From Amoebophrya sp. A120 (taxonomy: Eukaryota > Protista > Dinoflagellata): a DNA stretch of 64,000 nt. Within the stretch, counting starts at the first letter, position 1, and each line of letters starts with the position of its first letter. Both the position numbers and the translations under genes were made by a program. Shown piece after piece: positions 26,121 through 38,661 of the stretch. The stretch covers positions 9,988,650-10,052,649 of the forward strand of contig CAJINV010000002.1 of the NCBI GenBank assembly GCA_905178155.1. The letters run 5' to 3'. The notes beneath the pieces were generated by a model. It worked only from the letters and a program-made list of their open reading frames with translations, was not told the origin of the DNA and did no database searches.

Positions 26121-27505
26121 ATCATACACGACAACAATTATTTACGCAGGATTATCTTAGAGTAGTAGCTCGCCGAACTCCGAAACTGCTGCTCTAGGCC
26201 TTGTAACGGAAAGTGCGGCCCAGCGGCGACGCTAACGCTAGCCGATCACACAAGTCGTGTAGTGTAGAAATAAGTGCTCGCCGTGATATCTTCTTTTCTC
26301 AGAGTGCTACAACGAGTCGATCAGTTTCTGGCAATTGAAGCACTTTTGAGCGGCAACTGATGCTTGATGTCCCAGGACCTGTGAGTAAAAAAAACTGACC
26401 AATTATGGTTTTTTAATTCATGCTGTTCCTTTTCATGCCTTTTGGAAAATAGACACATACTTATTCTCAATCTGAATGCAACATCGTTTACACAAAAACA
26501 GCGATACCAGTTCTGCTCCCTCTTGTTCACTTGTAACAAATCTTAGAAGCCCTCCTCGTCCTCCGATTCGTCAGCTTCATCTTCCCAATCCGCCGGCCCG
26601 AGACCCCAGTTTCTTTCCCATATGCCACAGAAAGAAGATCCACGACTGACATTCACGCTCGACTTTTTTTAAGACTTAGGAAGACGGTCGCGCTGACCAC
26701 GCCGATGGAGATGAGCAAAAAAAGTTGTAAGAATACTGCATTTTTGACCGTCCTTCCTGACGATCCTTGTTTTCATCCGGATGCATAACCCTAAAGTCGA
26801 GTGTGCCAGTCAAGAATCAGGATCTTCTTTTTTGCATATTCCAAATGTTGAGCCGCATCGACGTCTCTTTGCTATGCGAACGAAATTTTTTCAAGCCGAA
26901 CATCAGCGCAATAGCACAAGCTGCATCACAAGGAGGATATGGCTTGCTCGTAGATTCATCATTGTAATAGCTCTGTCTGACGGCGATTCGACAATTGGAA
27001 ATGCGACTTTTCAATCGACAAAACCTTCTTTAGAGTGACAATCACTCCAACGTAGTGAGTGCGGTTGAAGTCAGACTTAAGCCTCACTCACTACGTTGCC
27101 AAACTGCAGTTGCCATGAGAAATGACCAGTTTCGCATTGACTTGGTATCTCCGGCTCGAAATTTCCTTAGGATACTTCACGAAGGTTCCGTACTCCAGAA
27201 TTTTCACCGCGCCATCGGTAATGCCGTTTATCAAGCGGTTTGCTGGTCTCATCTCGTTTTCCGCCGCCGGCCGTGCGGCCGCGAGGATTTCGTGGTCCAA
27301 GATCAAGAGATTCGCGACGAGCTTGCTGTCTGCGTGCGGTAATTGCAGGTTGCTTTCCTCTGCGCGGTGGTCTTCGGATGCACCTGCAGAGTCGTCATTG
27401 GTTGTGGACAGAAAAACTGGGCTCCTTTCACTAAGGCCGGGCAACCAAATTTTTTCTTCTTGCCCACTTTTTTACAGTACGTAGTCAGGAGATTGATTTC
27501 AAGAA

Positions 27506-30028
27506 TTACATCGGTGGCTGGTCAGTGAAAAAAACCTCCCACAAACGTTTCATAATACCGGCGCTGCCCAGGTTGTTCTCGATGTCGCGCACTGCCTTCT
27601 CCAATGCTTGCAGTTCGAGTTCCTTGCGTCGCCTCCACCATCTGCTCAACAGGTAGCCAGCGATCAAACAGGCGGTCACGGCCACGATCAGAAACAACAG
27701 CATCCGATGACCCTCTTCGAAGCGGTGATCGAAGCGGAGGAAGACCAGAAAGGACGTGCAGAAGTTCCTGACTTGATTGCAAAAGTATTCGCCAATCGCG
27801 CTTAGAAACTGGTAGACATCAGACAAATACACCGTGAAGATATCGAAACAAGTAGTGGACTGCGACGGGGGATGTCCTGGAGTTGCGACGTTTTCTTCGA
27901 GTATTTGTGCCACTTTTCCTCCAGGGACCGATGAAAACAGCTCCTCGTGCTGGTTTCCCCGAAGTCCCGAGGAAGTTGTGGATTGCGGTCGGACTGCCGC
28001 CCTGGTTTCTCCTGGCGTTTTGGCCATCGAAAACGACGGTCCAACAGCTCCTGCGCTTGTTTGAAACTGAATGTCAATTGCTGAAGGATTTCCGGTTGAT
28101 GTAGTCCCTCTTGCGTTCGACACATTTCCCGTTGGATCACTTGAAAGTTTCTTCTTGGTCATTTCCGTGGTCCGCTCTTCCCGCATCATGAGGTTCGAAC
28201 TCGGATCTTCCTGCACAGGAACGCCATGGTCGTCGATTTCATCATGCTCTCCCTTGGTCGTCGAGGAACCTCCGACGACTTCAGCAGGATCCAACTGCGG
28301 GACCTTCTCTACCGCACCTTCCAGAAGTCTACTCGCCGATGTTGAAGAATCGGAGGACTGCGCCGAGGCGGGAGACGGTTCTGGCACAGCGGAACTAGGC
28401 GTTGGTGGGAAAGCCAGCGTTGTTACGGCGTCGTGACCGGGGTGCTGCGTCATTTTTGTCGATTCTTGCTGCTGTCCCCGGAGGACGACGCCAACTTCAA
28501 TCGCACTGGAGGAGCCGTCGATTTCCGCTGATAGGTGGCTTGAAGTTTGCGGCAGCACGGTAGGTGAAGTCGGGGAACCAACAGGCATCGTATTGGTGGT
28601 AGCTTTTTCACTGTGACCAGCGCCTCCAGCATCGTCAACTACACTTGCCCCATCATTGGTACGTTCTGAATCCTTATCGTTCGCCGAAGTGCCCTTGGTT
28701 GCGTCATCGCGAACCGTCTCGTCTACGACGTTCTCGGCGTGGAACGGCTCCGCGGCGCTTCGCATTCCGTCGTAAAAAGTTTGCTTCGGCTCGTGTAGCG
28801 CCGCACCTTTTTCGATCAACGAGGACTGCTGGGTACCGGTAGTTTTTAAGGGATCGCTGATGGATAAGTCTCCTCTGAAGGCAAGGACTGCTTTGTTTTT
28901 CAGATCCTCTAGCTGGACGGGGTTGCGAACAGTTTCCCAGTCTGTTATGTAACGACCGGCTACAGTAGCAAGGTCTCCCGCGGAGTCTGTGAACGTGTAG
29001 CCCCAGCGAGCACCGAGTTTCTTGAATAAATCGTTGAACATTGCTGCAATTCTCGGGGGTAATGACGTTGACAATTTTTCGTTCGTTTTTTTCCTGAAGC
29101 CTCCGTTTCCCCCCCACTTCGTCCGCACAGCTGTAACAAGGTTAACAATCGCCTCTGCCTTGCCAGTGATGCTGAGCTTCTGGAACCAGGACATTTCCCT
29201 CGGAACATCGATTGTTGTTTTGGCGGGGCTGTTCTGGCAAGAGTCACCCGCAAGAATTAGAGTATCCTTGTAAATCTTCTGCGAGATGACTTTGATTTCG
29301 CCGGACGAAAGAACCCCGTCATTTGCTTCAATAAAAGATGAAGAGGCGATCCGACTGCTCGCCGAACTACTAGGGTATCCGCCAGTTCCACTGCTTGCAG
29401 TTTCTCCTGGTTCCAGCTCCCGGACGATGTTGACAAGGTCTGCGGATTTTCTTGTTCCCCGTTTGATCGAGGAAGACGAAACTGCTGATGCAGGAGCTGC
29501 GCTTCCTGTCGTGCTTACCCGCGAATCCTTTTCGCCCGCACCAGCAGACGGTGACGAGACAGCAGCGTCTGCTTTCTTCGCGGCAAACTTCAGAGAGAAC
29601 GATGCTGCTTCCGGAGTCTCAAGGGAAGAAGATGGGTTTGTAGTGTCCGACGGTTTCGAGCTCGCATAGGACACAAGAATATCACCCTTTCTATTTCGTG
29701 GTCCTCCTGTACGACTACTCTGGCTCGTTTCTTGCTGCGATCCCGAGCTGCTGGTCGATGCTGATGGCGAGGACTTGGACATGGTGTAGCCGACCGGGTG
29801 CGAAGCGAAGGAACTTCCGCTACTTTCTGCAACTGCTGCACTACTCCCGGTTGTCAGAGATTTCCTCGTTGGGATGGAATCCTGCGCAGGAGTGCTTTCT
29901 ATTTTTGCATCGTCTGTGGAGCTACCAACAGCAAGTAGACTCGACTCGCCGTCATGCTGGCTGCCGCTTTTTGCTGGCAACGACGGCAATTGACTTACGC
30001 CTGCTGCCACGTCCTGTTGGCTCACCAT
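27506..30028 (-). CDS. Hypothetical Ser/Thr-rich protein with C-terminal TM helix
   Basis: 842-aa ORF. Hydrophobic MLLFLIVAVTACLIAGYLL followed by SRWWRRRK. May have upstream exons. Confidence 0.65.
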   Translation of the reverse strand: MVSQQDVAAGVSQLPSLPAKSGSQHDGESSLLAVGSSTDDAKIESTPAQDSIPTRKSLTTGSSAAVAESSGSSFASHPVGYTMSKSSPSASTSSSGSQQETSQSSRTGGPRNRKGDILVSYASSKPSDTTNPSSSLETPEAASFSLKFAAKKADAAVSSPSAGAGEKDSRVSTTGSAAPASAVSSSSIKRGTRKSADLVNIVRELEPGETASSGTGGYPSSSASSRIASSSFIEANDGVLSSGEIKVISQKIYKDTLILAGDSCQNSPAKTTIDVPREMSWFQKLSITGKAEAIVNLVTAVRTKWGGNGGFRKKTNEKLSTSLPPRIAAMFNDLFKKLGARWGYTFTDSAGDLATVAGRYITDWETVRNPVQLEDLKNKAVLAFRGDLSISDPLKTTGTQQSSLIEKGAALHEPKQTFYDGMRSAAEPFHAENVVDETVRDDATKGTSANDKDSERTNDGASVVDDAGGAGHSEKATTNTMPVGSPTSPTVLPQTSSHLSAEIDGSSSAIEVGVVLRGQQQESTKMTQHPGHDAVTTLAFPPTPSSAVPEPSPASAQSSDSSTSASRLLEGAVEKVPQLDPAEVVGGSSTTKGEHDEIDDHGVPVQEDPSSNLMMREERTTEMTKKKLSSDPTGNVSNARGTTSTGNPSAIDIQFQTSAGAVGPSFSMAKTPGETRAAVRPQSTTSSGLRGNQHEELFSSVPGGKVAQILEENVATPGHPPSQSTTCFDIFTVYLSDVYQFLSAIGEYFCNQVRNFCTSFLVFLRFDHRFEEGHRMLLFLIVAVTACLIAGYLLSRWWRRRKELELQALEKAVRDIENNLGSAGIMKRLWEVFFTDQPPM

Positions 30029-30669
30029 GTTCACAACGAAGTTGGAGGCCGGTGAGGTGATGTGAGTGAACAGACACTATCGCTGAGTCCCACCCAGGCT
30101 GGTACCGATCAGGTAGCTACTTGGACATCAGGCTGGCATCACTTCTTTGTGGTTGTGCCGCAACGCTTCGTCAAGGAGCATTACACGCGCGCACTTGCAA
30201 CTAAGAAAACATCGATGCTCCAATCAATCACCTTGGCTATTTCCGGATACGATCATGAAATTGGAAGATGAACAAGTAGCAATGTCGGCATTGGTAGAGA
30301 TAGGTTGACGTCGCCAAGATGAGAACATACAAGAACTTACAATCCTCTCAAATCACTCCGCGATGAAAACTTAAACGCTCTCACTCGATACCGTTGTACG
30401 GTAACTTTTGCTACGAAATCTACGTCCATCTCGCTTCCAACTTTCACAAATCTCGTCTCGATTTACCGCATCAAGACCCAAAAAGATCAAGCAACACGAG
30501 AAATCAATACAAAGCATCTTTCCGGTACAATAATGGCCTCAATTTTCGGACGTGCGCTGCTCGCCTGCGCCTGCATTTACTGCAATCATTCTCATCACAT
30601 CGATGAAATTTGCGTGACTGCGAACTCGGTCGTTCTCGTTGCAGTGTGAATCTTATGCTGACATTTGCA

Positions 30670-32829
30670 CTAATCCCCTCGCGGATTATCACAACTGTCG
30701 ACACTACCCGCATTCCAATTCTTCTCCCTGTCCATCTCCAGCTCCTGCCGCTTTTTGCGCAACTGCTCCAGTTTCTCGCGGTGTCGCTTCAATTTCTCCT
30801 GTAAGGTTTCGGCTGCGGACAGTGTGGGGGAAGCAACTTTTTGCGAATGGTGCAGTGTGTCTGCAACAACTTCTCCACACATATCACGATCTTCAGTTCT
30901 GCCAATGATTTTCGTCATCTTGTCCGTCTCTCCGGACCGAAAAGTATCTTCGACGTCCGCGTGCCTCTCAGTCGTCCCAAGTCCTCCACTGCGAAAACTG
31001 TTCGCCGCGAGCGCACTGATTATCGCACCGTCTGCAGCGGGAGTGTTACTGTCATGCTCATCTCCAAGAGGATTTGATGCATTTGTTCCTTCCTCGCACG
31101 ACATTCCTTTTTCCGCCATAGTTCGTGCGGTGCTGGAGGTCGACGCTACTTCTCGCTCAACACTGGCACCACTGCTAGAACTGGCAGACACACCTTCCCC
31201 AATGGCAGGTTTCGATGGCGCTTTATTTGTTTTCAATCGATTCCCGAAGAGTCGCTGCGCCACGTCCGCGTCGTCGAGTGTCCCTGAGCTACTTCGCGAC
31301 GACGCAGAACCGCTCAGGTCCTTTGACGAATCATCTGTACTCTCATTTTTCTCCCCCGCTGCCCGATTTGATGCCAGGATCATGTCGCTCATCTGCTGAA
31401 TGACCAACTTCTGCTGCCTTTTTCGGCGCTCCCGCGCAATGCTGTGGTACGGGTGCAATCCGTCCAGCTCGTCATCGAGCAGTAAATCGACGTCTTTCAC
31501 TTCCTTCGTACTCGCGAGCAACGTATCCCGTGGCGGAACTGTGAGTCAAGGCACTTAAACTTGCAAACTTACTTATTTTCATAGCACACTGCTGCGACTT
31601 TGATGCATGACAAACGAGCAATTCAAATTCTGTCGTGAGAAATAACGATTTCTTGAACTACAAAGCGTGCAACCCCCGTCTCCGACTGCCGCGGCGACTG
31701 GATAGAAACACTTCTTCACTTTTGCTCGGAAACTGCAAGATTTCATCGAGTCTCGCCTTGACTCAAGAACGATTCTCCGACGATACAACTGCAGCCGCTG
31801 CTTCTCGAGTTCGGTGCCGCGCACGACCCGGGACTTACTGGATGCCCTGCTTCTCGCGGCTGATTTCCGCCCATACTCTTCCTCCCCCTGCTCCTCGGTG
31901 CCCGTGGCGTTCCGCCGGATGTTTGCCAACTCCTTCCGGATGTGCCGCAGGTGCGTCACCTGGAACTCGCACTTTTTCTCCCGCAGAACGTCCTTCGCCT
32001 TCGTGAACAGCGGCTGCAACCGCTCGTGTCCCACCATCATCGACATCAGCAGCTTCTGCTGCCGCTCCTGCGCGAACCGGCGCTGCCGAAACTTCTTTTC
32101 CGTGGCGCGAAACGCCTCCTGCTTGGTCATCTTCCGACCGGTGGAGCGTAAAGCTGCGCCTGCGTGGTTGTAGCTCCGCCCCGTGGATGATGAACTACTG
32201 TTCGCCCCGCCATTCATCAGCCGCAACTGGTGTGAAACAAATTGCATCACCGGGTGGTCACTGCGGTACACGTCGTTGCCCTGCTGCCAGTCGTTCCCGT
32301 CGGTGAAGCAGTCGACGAACCGGAGGTCCGGGTACTTCTGCAGCAAGTCGCGGACCAGGATACGGTATCAAATGTAAAAATGTCTGGGTCTGGAAGAGTG
32401 CGCGATTTGTCATGCTGCTTTTCCATGACCCATGAGGTCTGGAATGCAGGACCTAGCATGACAGATTCTGCGAGACCTTTCTAATGCCTATCCTGCATGA
32501 GAAACTCCCTCCCGACTTGGTCAAAACTGGACGACTTTTGGTAATCACGCAACACAGATTTTCGCATGCTGCAGATTTAGCATGACAAGTTGCAATCTTC
32601 CAGACCCAGACATTTTTACATTTGATATCCGGTACGGATTCGCGATCTTCTTGTCCTGCAGCTGCAGGTTCGTCAGCTCTAACGGCGGCACCCGCTGGCA
32701 GTACAGCAGCCAGTCCGGCCGCTCGCGGTAGCTTTGCTGCTCCAGCAAATTCTCCACCCGCTGCACCACGTCGTACCGTATGCCACGGTAGAAATTCGAC
32801 CCGTTCGGGTGGATGGCGCCTTTGGTCAT
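30670..32829 (-). CDS. Putative mitochondrial ribosomal protein mS23 (MRP-S23/Rsm25-like) with long C-terminal extension
   Basis: Exons join as KIANPY-RILVRDLLQKYPDLRF after removing element 32366-32627 plus 5 bp. RPDWLLYCQRVPP resembles the mS23 P-x-W...PP motif. A second join to ORF 30670..31521 is in frame. The family assignment is tentative. Confidence 0.55.
31540..31766. mobile_element. Candidate degenerate introner with short inverted repeat
   Basis: TGAGTCAAGGC (31542-31552) pairs with GCCTTGACTCA (31755-31765). GAAC direct repeat at 31536-31539 and 31767-31770. Removing 231 nt gives YRRRI-VPPRDTLLAS in frame. A GT-AG intron 31539-31838 is also in frame. Confidence 0.5.
32366..32627. 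mobile_element. Family A introner, reverse orientation, 262 bp, TSD TACGG/TCCGG
   Basis: Near-perfect 31-bp TIR. Flanks at 32361-32365 and 32628-32632. Confidence 0.94.
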
Positions 32830-33740
32830 CTTTGAGGTTGTGGACTTTTTTCTTACTCTCGCGCCCCTCCTTCGTAGAAGTCGGTGACTGTACTCTGTTT
32901 ATTGCGGAAGGTACAGTTTCAGATGTATCCACAAGCTGATCTGGTGCAAGATCAAAAACCGAGTCTTAAGTTTTTGTTTTTTACCGCTGATCGCGATGAG
33001 AACGAATATTCCGGGAGGTGGTCAACCGAGGATGACCTGCAAAGGGAGGACAAGCATACGAACCGGACAATGAAGGGCTGCCGACGAAAATCGTCCTGGG
33101 AGTGTGACCGAGGAAGGAAAGAATGGCCCTGCTCGTGCACGACTCGGAACAGAGCAATCTCCCGTCTTCTACAAAAGTTTCATCGTCCAGTTTTCCTCAT
33201 CTAGCAACAGAAACCTAGAATAGTCTCAAACGTTTTCAATATCCAAGTCTTCAACGTTGCCATCCAACCAGTGTACATCAAGCTAAGGCGTAAACATCAA
33301 ACAAACACATCGCGCACCTGAAACTGTGACTACCAGAAACAAGTCCAAGATGAGTCCGATGTATTCTCCTAATAACACGTTACCTGCAACTCCCTTCCGC
33401 CACAATTGCGATTCCACATCAAGCTGCATCAAGTGAAAAAGTGATTTGCTAAATGAGGTTTCAATTTTGTGAGAAACCAACAGCACTGCGAACGCGCTTC
33501 CTGCAAATAGTACGTAGAAGAAAAGTGGGTGTCCTTTTCCAATTTTTTCCGAATGTGAGTGATGTTTTCTACAGTATTTTTATCGGTCAAACGGTAAAAG
33601 TTAAAAATAAAATCCAACTTTGTTGAGTAAAGTGATCCTAAGTAATGTATCAGAACGTCGAATGGGAACAAATCTTTGTTTCTTTCAACTTGGCTTTTTC
33701 CTCCTTTTCGCACGCACGGTGGTCACCGTGCGATTTTCAT

Positions 33741-34139
33741 TCACGAAGCGTTCTTCGGAACAGTCTTTCCGGACGCAGCTACTTCGTGCGTCGTCCCGGC
33801 ATCAGCCGAAGCAACTTCTTCCTGCGTGGTATCACCACCCGCCGCGGACGTATTTTGCTTCTTTGCATCACCGCTTTCAGCCGAAGATGCGGTGGCGGCT
33901 ACGCCTGCATCGGTCATCAGGGTAGATGTGTCACCAGTTGGCATCACGACTGCACCCGCAGTCTCACCAGCGGGCGTGACGTCCGCGGAACTTTCACCAG
34001 CTCGCGTACTCGATGTCGTACGTGCATGCTGAGTGGGAGTCATCGATGCCGGTGCCTCAGCCGCGCTTTCCCCAGCCGGCGCAGGAAAGGCAGCTGCAGT
34101 CTGTAGTTTTTGTTGGAAAATAAGTTTCTTGCTTGACAT
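33741..34139 (-). CDS. Small Ala/Thr/Ser-rich hypothetical ORF (possibly the 3' part of a gene)
   Basis: 132-aa ATG-started ORF with low-complexity composition like neighbouring genes. No recognisable domain. Confidence 0.35.
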   Translation of the reverse strand: MSSKKLIFQQKLQTAAAFPAPAGESAAEAPASMTPTQHARTTSSTRAGESSADVTPAGETAGAVVMPTGDTSTLMTDAGVAATASSAESGDAKKQNTSAAGGDTTQEEVASADAGTTHEVAASGKTVPKNAS

Positions 34140-34332
34140 CGACGGGAATGGTCACATGAAGACCAATTGTGTACGTCAAGTGCTGTCCCTGTCGCACAGG
34201 AATTTTCCTTTTTCTAGTTCTAGTAAATTATAGTGGTTCCAGTTTTCGAGTTTTACAACATTACTAAACGAGCTACAATCTGAAAACTTAGTACTACACA
34301 AATGATAAAACGAACTACATGGAAGAAAACAC

Positions 34333-34528
34333 TTCTTTGCTTTCCAGGGGTTCGAACTGACAAGAAGAGAGAACTTCTTTTCTTTGCAGGGGTTCGAACT
34401 GACAAGAAGAAAGAACTTCTTTGCTTTCCAGGGGTTCGAACTGACAAGAAGAGAGAACTTCTTTTCTTTCCAGGAGTTCGAACTGACAAGAAAAGACAAA
34501 TTCTCTTCCTTCCCGGGGGTTCGAACTG
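34333..34528. repeat. 42-bp tandem repeat, about 4.5 copies
   Basis: Unit approximately CTTCTTTGCTTTCCAGGGGTTCGAACTGACAAGAAGAGAGAA. Confidence 0.9.
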
Positions 34529-35046
34529 CCTGAGGGCGGGGGGGGAGAAGGAGTGGCGGGCGAAAGCGGAAGAGGGCGGGAAGATAGAGAAGCGAAGAAA
34601 GGAAGGAGGTCGAGCAAAAGAGCGCGGGGCGCCCAGGCTATGTGTTACCCCGTTTCCCCCCCCCCCATTTTCTTGCGTTCTATTCAATATGGGCGCACAA
34701 AATACAAAGAAAACCGGACAACCTAGGCCATAGAGCGCAAAATGCAAAACCGGGCACCCAAGAAAAAAAAATTTTTAGGGTAAAAGTTTTGTCATGGCTT
34801 AGGCTGTCCGGCTTTGCATTTTGCACGTTCATACTACCCAATGGGCCGCCGCCCTACTGCCCCCCGCCTTCTCTTTTCCCCTGGCTATTCCAGTCGGCAC
34901 GGGTTGCCTAAAAAAATGCGCAGGCAGTTCGCGCAGCCCACTAGCGCCCCACCGCGGGCAGCCACTTCGGCGATGGCTCCCAAACACGAAAAAAGCGCAG
35001 CGCCACGCCTTGGTTTTATTTACTCAGTGCCCCGCGAGCGCGGAAG

Positions 35047-35275
35047 CAGTTCGCGCAGCTGCGCCGTTCGCAGCCCGTCAACTCGCGCAGCTGCGCAGGC
35101 AGTTCGCAGTCCATCAGTTCGCGCAGCTGCGCAGTTCGCAGTCCGTCAGTTCGCGCAGCTGCGCCGTTCGCGGTCCGTCAGTTCGCGCGGCTGCGCCGTT
35201 CGCGGTCCGTCAGTTCGCGAAGCTGCGCAGCTCGCAGCCCGTCAGCTCGCGCGTGCTCTGCAGTTTGCAGCTTGT
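35047..35275. repeat. About 32-bp GC-rich tandem repeat
   Basis: Unit approximately CAGTTCGCGCAGCTGCGCCGTTCGCGGTCCGT, about 6-7 degenerate copies. Confidence 0.85.
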
Positions 35276-35632
35276 CAGTACGTTACGAAAAGACGAAAAC
35301 TCGAAAACCAGAACCTAGAGTAAATGAACCTGCAAAAACAAGAAAAAAAAATACTGGTTGTTCTGCAACCGCGGCCTCTTTCGTTTTCTGCTTCACAATC
35401 TCCTCTTTTTTCTCCACTGAGTACTTCTATGCGGTACGAAAAAATGATCTTGCGTTTTCGTGCATAAATTTGTTTAAATAGGGATTACGTGCAAGTGGAC
35501 CGAAATCAAACAACCACACCACAAAGGAAAAATGAATCCGTCTTGGTCTTCCATTGTGTCTCAATAGATGCATACTACCTTGGGCTCGACCATGGTGCCA
35601 GGAGATATCTCTGATTTTTTCGCTTTTTCATT

Positions 35633-37914
35633 TTAGACAACGTGATGCACATGAAGAACTACCAACTGCGATATGCCAGTGCTAGTATTTTTTCGCGGAG
35701 ATAACTTCGGGATCGGATGGTGTTCCGCGGGGCCGGCACGGTCCGTTTTTCCATCCTTCCTGGCTTGCTGGACCCAAGCGGCGCGCTCCGCGTTCGTTAG
35801 AAGGAGCGGCACCACATCCTCTTGTGTCAGCAGCGCCTCCGGCTTCCGGACGGCGAAGCAGCTCCAAATCCGGCACTGACCGCCTTCGAGCCTCCCGCAC
35901 TTACTCTTCGACGTGTCCGGCTCCGGCAGGAAGTCCGCTTCGTAAAAGCCGTTTTCCGCGTAGGCAACCGCGTCCTTCTCCTTGTCGTGCGTGCCGTACC
36001 GCAGCTCCCCATGACGGTTCGACCACGTGTTCACGTACCACTTCGAGTAGTGTAGTGGCGATCCGTGGCAGGAGTGACGGTACTCGTTTTCATTCTCCGC
36101 CATACGTGTGTGCTCATGGTGCCCTGCTCTGGACGCGAAAAATTTTCCAAACGCGGGCATCGCTGCTGTGGTGCGTCGCGACCAGGTCAGGACGGGAAAG
36201 CGAACTCCTCCCGTTGTGTCGAAGTGTAGGCTCTTTGTTGCCCCAAGCAGTCCGCCCGCCGGCACCTCCACGGCCGGGATGAAGGTACTGTAGTAATCGC
36301 GCCACCCGCTCCGTACCGTCCGCGCAAGCATCTCGTTCGCATGCCACCGCCGTTGCAGCCGCACGCGGAAAATTTGTCCGACGTCCTTCGCGTACGGAAC
36401 CGGCCACGACTTGTACGTTTCCTTCGGCGCGAGTGGCAGAATTTCGCAGTCCAGTTCCCACGTGCGGTAAGCAGCGTTGCGGTTTAGCTTAAAATTCACG
36501 CACACGGCCACGGGGTTGCGCGGGTCCCCGTCCTGACCCACCAGCAACACATCCGATCCCGTGCGGGCACGCTGCCGTGAAAGGTCCGCGGGCAGCCCCA
36601 GGAATTCTTCCGCGGACTGGAGGTCCTCCCCAGCGAGAGTTTTGTTCGCCAAGTACTCGGTCAGAGGCCCGAAGGGACGGTACGAAGCTGTCAAGTCGTC
36701 AATGTCGCTGTCACTGTCGTGCGCGTTTTTCACGACATTTTCGTGCACGTCACCCCTTATGGGACTCTCAAATCAATGTTACATTGATCCCTTTTACATG
36801 ATTTGCCATCATGCAAAACCCCTGTGAGCCTCCACACGATCAGGATCAGTGACTACTTCGCATGACACTTTCTCGAACAGATACTTGCCATGGCAATCCG
36901 TTCCAAATTTGTATATGCAAGACCACATGCAAGCTACTTGTTACGCCGTTACCTTTCGCTATTCTTGCATCGCAAATTCGTGTTTAGAGATATCAATGTA
37001 ACATTCGAGAATTCCATATTTGGCGTGTAGGTATTTGGATGCTCCTTGTCATCGTCGCTGTTGTACAGAGTGTCGAGAGTGGCGAAATCGCCAAGCGGCA
37101 ACAGTGTGAGGTACAGGTGCCGGCGCAGCACCGGGTGCGGCACCCGGTCAAGGTGCCTCAGGCACGTGCTATCTTGACCCGCAAACAGGAGCCTTTTAAC
37201 AATCCCCTGCCCCTGCCGGTGTCGCGACTCGCATTCCAAAGCCCGTCCCGTGCCCTCGATGACTTGGGCGATCCGCTCCGCGTAGTGCTTCCGGGCCTTG
37301 AACAAAGTAGCCAATGCGTGAAGCCAGACATAGGACCCAACGATGGATGCGATGATGGGACTACCGCCAGTGAGCATGATAGTCCCCATAAGCGACGCAG
37401 GAAGCCCGACCAAAGGCACCAGCGACAGATGTTCCGCGATAAAAGCCTCGTGATTCGTCATCGCGTGCGCGGATTCCCGGTACGGCAATCCAGAAGCAAG
37501 TGCGGAGCCGCTAGTGATGTCGTTCCTGCTCTCCAACGTCTTCTCCTGCTTCCGCAACTCCTCCTGCCGCTGCAGAAGCGCGTTGCCCTGGTTCTCCGCC
37601 TCCTGGTCAGGCGCCGCGGCGCTCTCTGAAAATTCATCGGGAATATGCAAAGTTGCGTGTTGCGGTAACTCGTCGACGACATCGTCGGCGTCCACCAGGT
37701 TTAGTGACGTTTTCGGTCCATCAGCGTGTGACCCCGCGTTCCCGTCGTGCACAACCAAACTAGTAGCCCTTTGCAGGCCAGTCGCGTGCTGCTTCGCCGC
37801 AACCAGCAGGCAACAGCCGCTCCGGGACCACAGGACCAGCAGAAAGCCGAGGACAAACCCCTGCATCAGTGCAACCAAGGAGGGCAGCCGTCTCAACGAC
37901 AGGCGGATCTGCAT
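35633..37914 (-). CDS. Hypothetical membrane or secreted protein, two exons
   Basis: ORFs 36949..37962 (N-terminal hydrophobic stretch, two TM-like segments) and 35633..36748 are separated by TIR element 36758-37018. Removing the element plus 2 or 5 nt joins them in frame. Confidence 0.55.
36758..37018. mobile_element. Family E TIR element, 261 bp, no recognisable TSD
   Basis: TATGGGACTCTCAAATCAATGTTACATTGAT versus right-end reverse complement TATGGAATTCTCGAATGTTACATTGAT. Contains GCATGACA at 36860-36867. Confidence 0.75.
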
Positions 37915-38661
37915 CTCCAAAACGCCCCGTGACGCCACGCGCCCGTCCGTCCAACAAACCACAAGTAGGGTTGACGCTGGCTATTGCTTCCGCTTCGTGC
38001 ACACTCACAGAATGTAACAAATTAGTACGTTTCCAGTCCGTCGACAGGCCACGAGGAACAGGAAGGTCAAATTTTAATCAAACAATAGTGAGTGGCAGAG
38101 TTAAAAGTCTTTGAGAAGTCGTGTCTTTCCTCGCGTTGGAGTTAATCTTTGAGTGTCTTTCGCTTTCCTCGAACCAAGGGAAACAAAAAAAACTTCTACA
38201 ATCAATGGGAGCAGAGATAGCGACTTCAAATTTTGTGCATGCAGTAGCAGTACTTACCTCTACTACAACGACGCCATCGTTACACATCCCCCGCGACGCG
38301 TCGAATATTATGACGATTAATTCCTTCTGACGATCACGAAAACGAATTCAAAAAGTTACGAAAACTACAGCAAGACGAGATGTTCGGGACGAATACACGC
38401 CCAAGGCTGGTCACTTTAAGGAGCATCATACGCAACATCATCCACGGACGACCCGACGTATGACTCTTTAACGTACAAACGAACTGTACACGTATCAACA
38501 CGACCAGAACCCCTTTTCTGTGCCTCCTGCTGGTTGAACAGAGAGAACAATGATCTTCGCCCGAAAAGATTCACTGTAAGTGTGATTATGATTCCCTAAG
38601 AGTGCATAACAGCGCTTCTTGATGAAGTAGCGATAACGCTTCAGGGGCAAAAGAGATAGGT

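Noticed and set aside
26540-27444. Possible small minus-strand gene including ORF 27091..27444
   Set aside because: Coding-like, but I found no recognisable domain and could not build a supported exon structure.
34333-34528. 42-bp array as CRISPR or tRNA genes
   Set aside because: No unique spacers and no cloverleaf; only a B-box-like motif.
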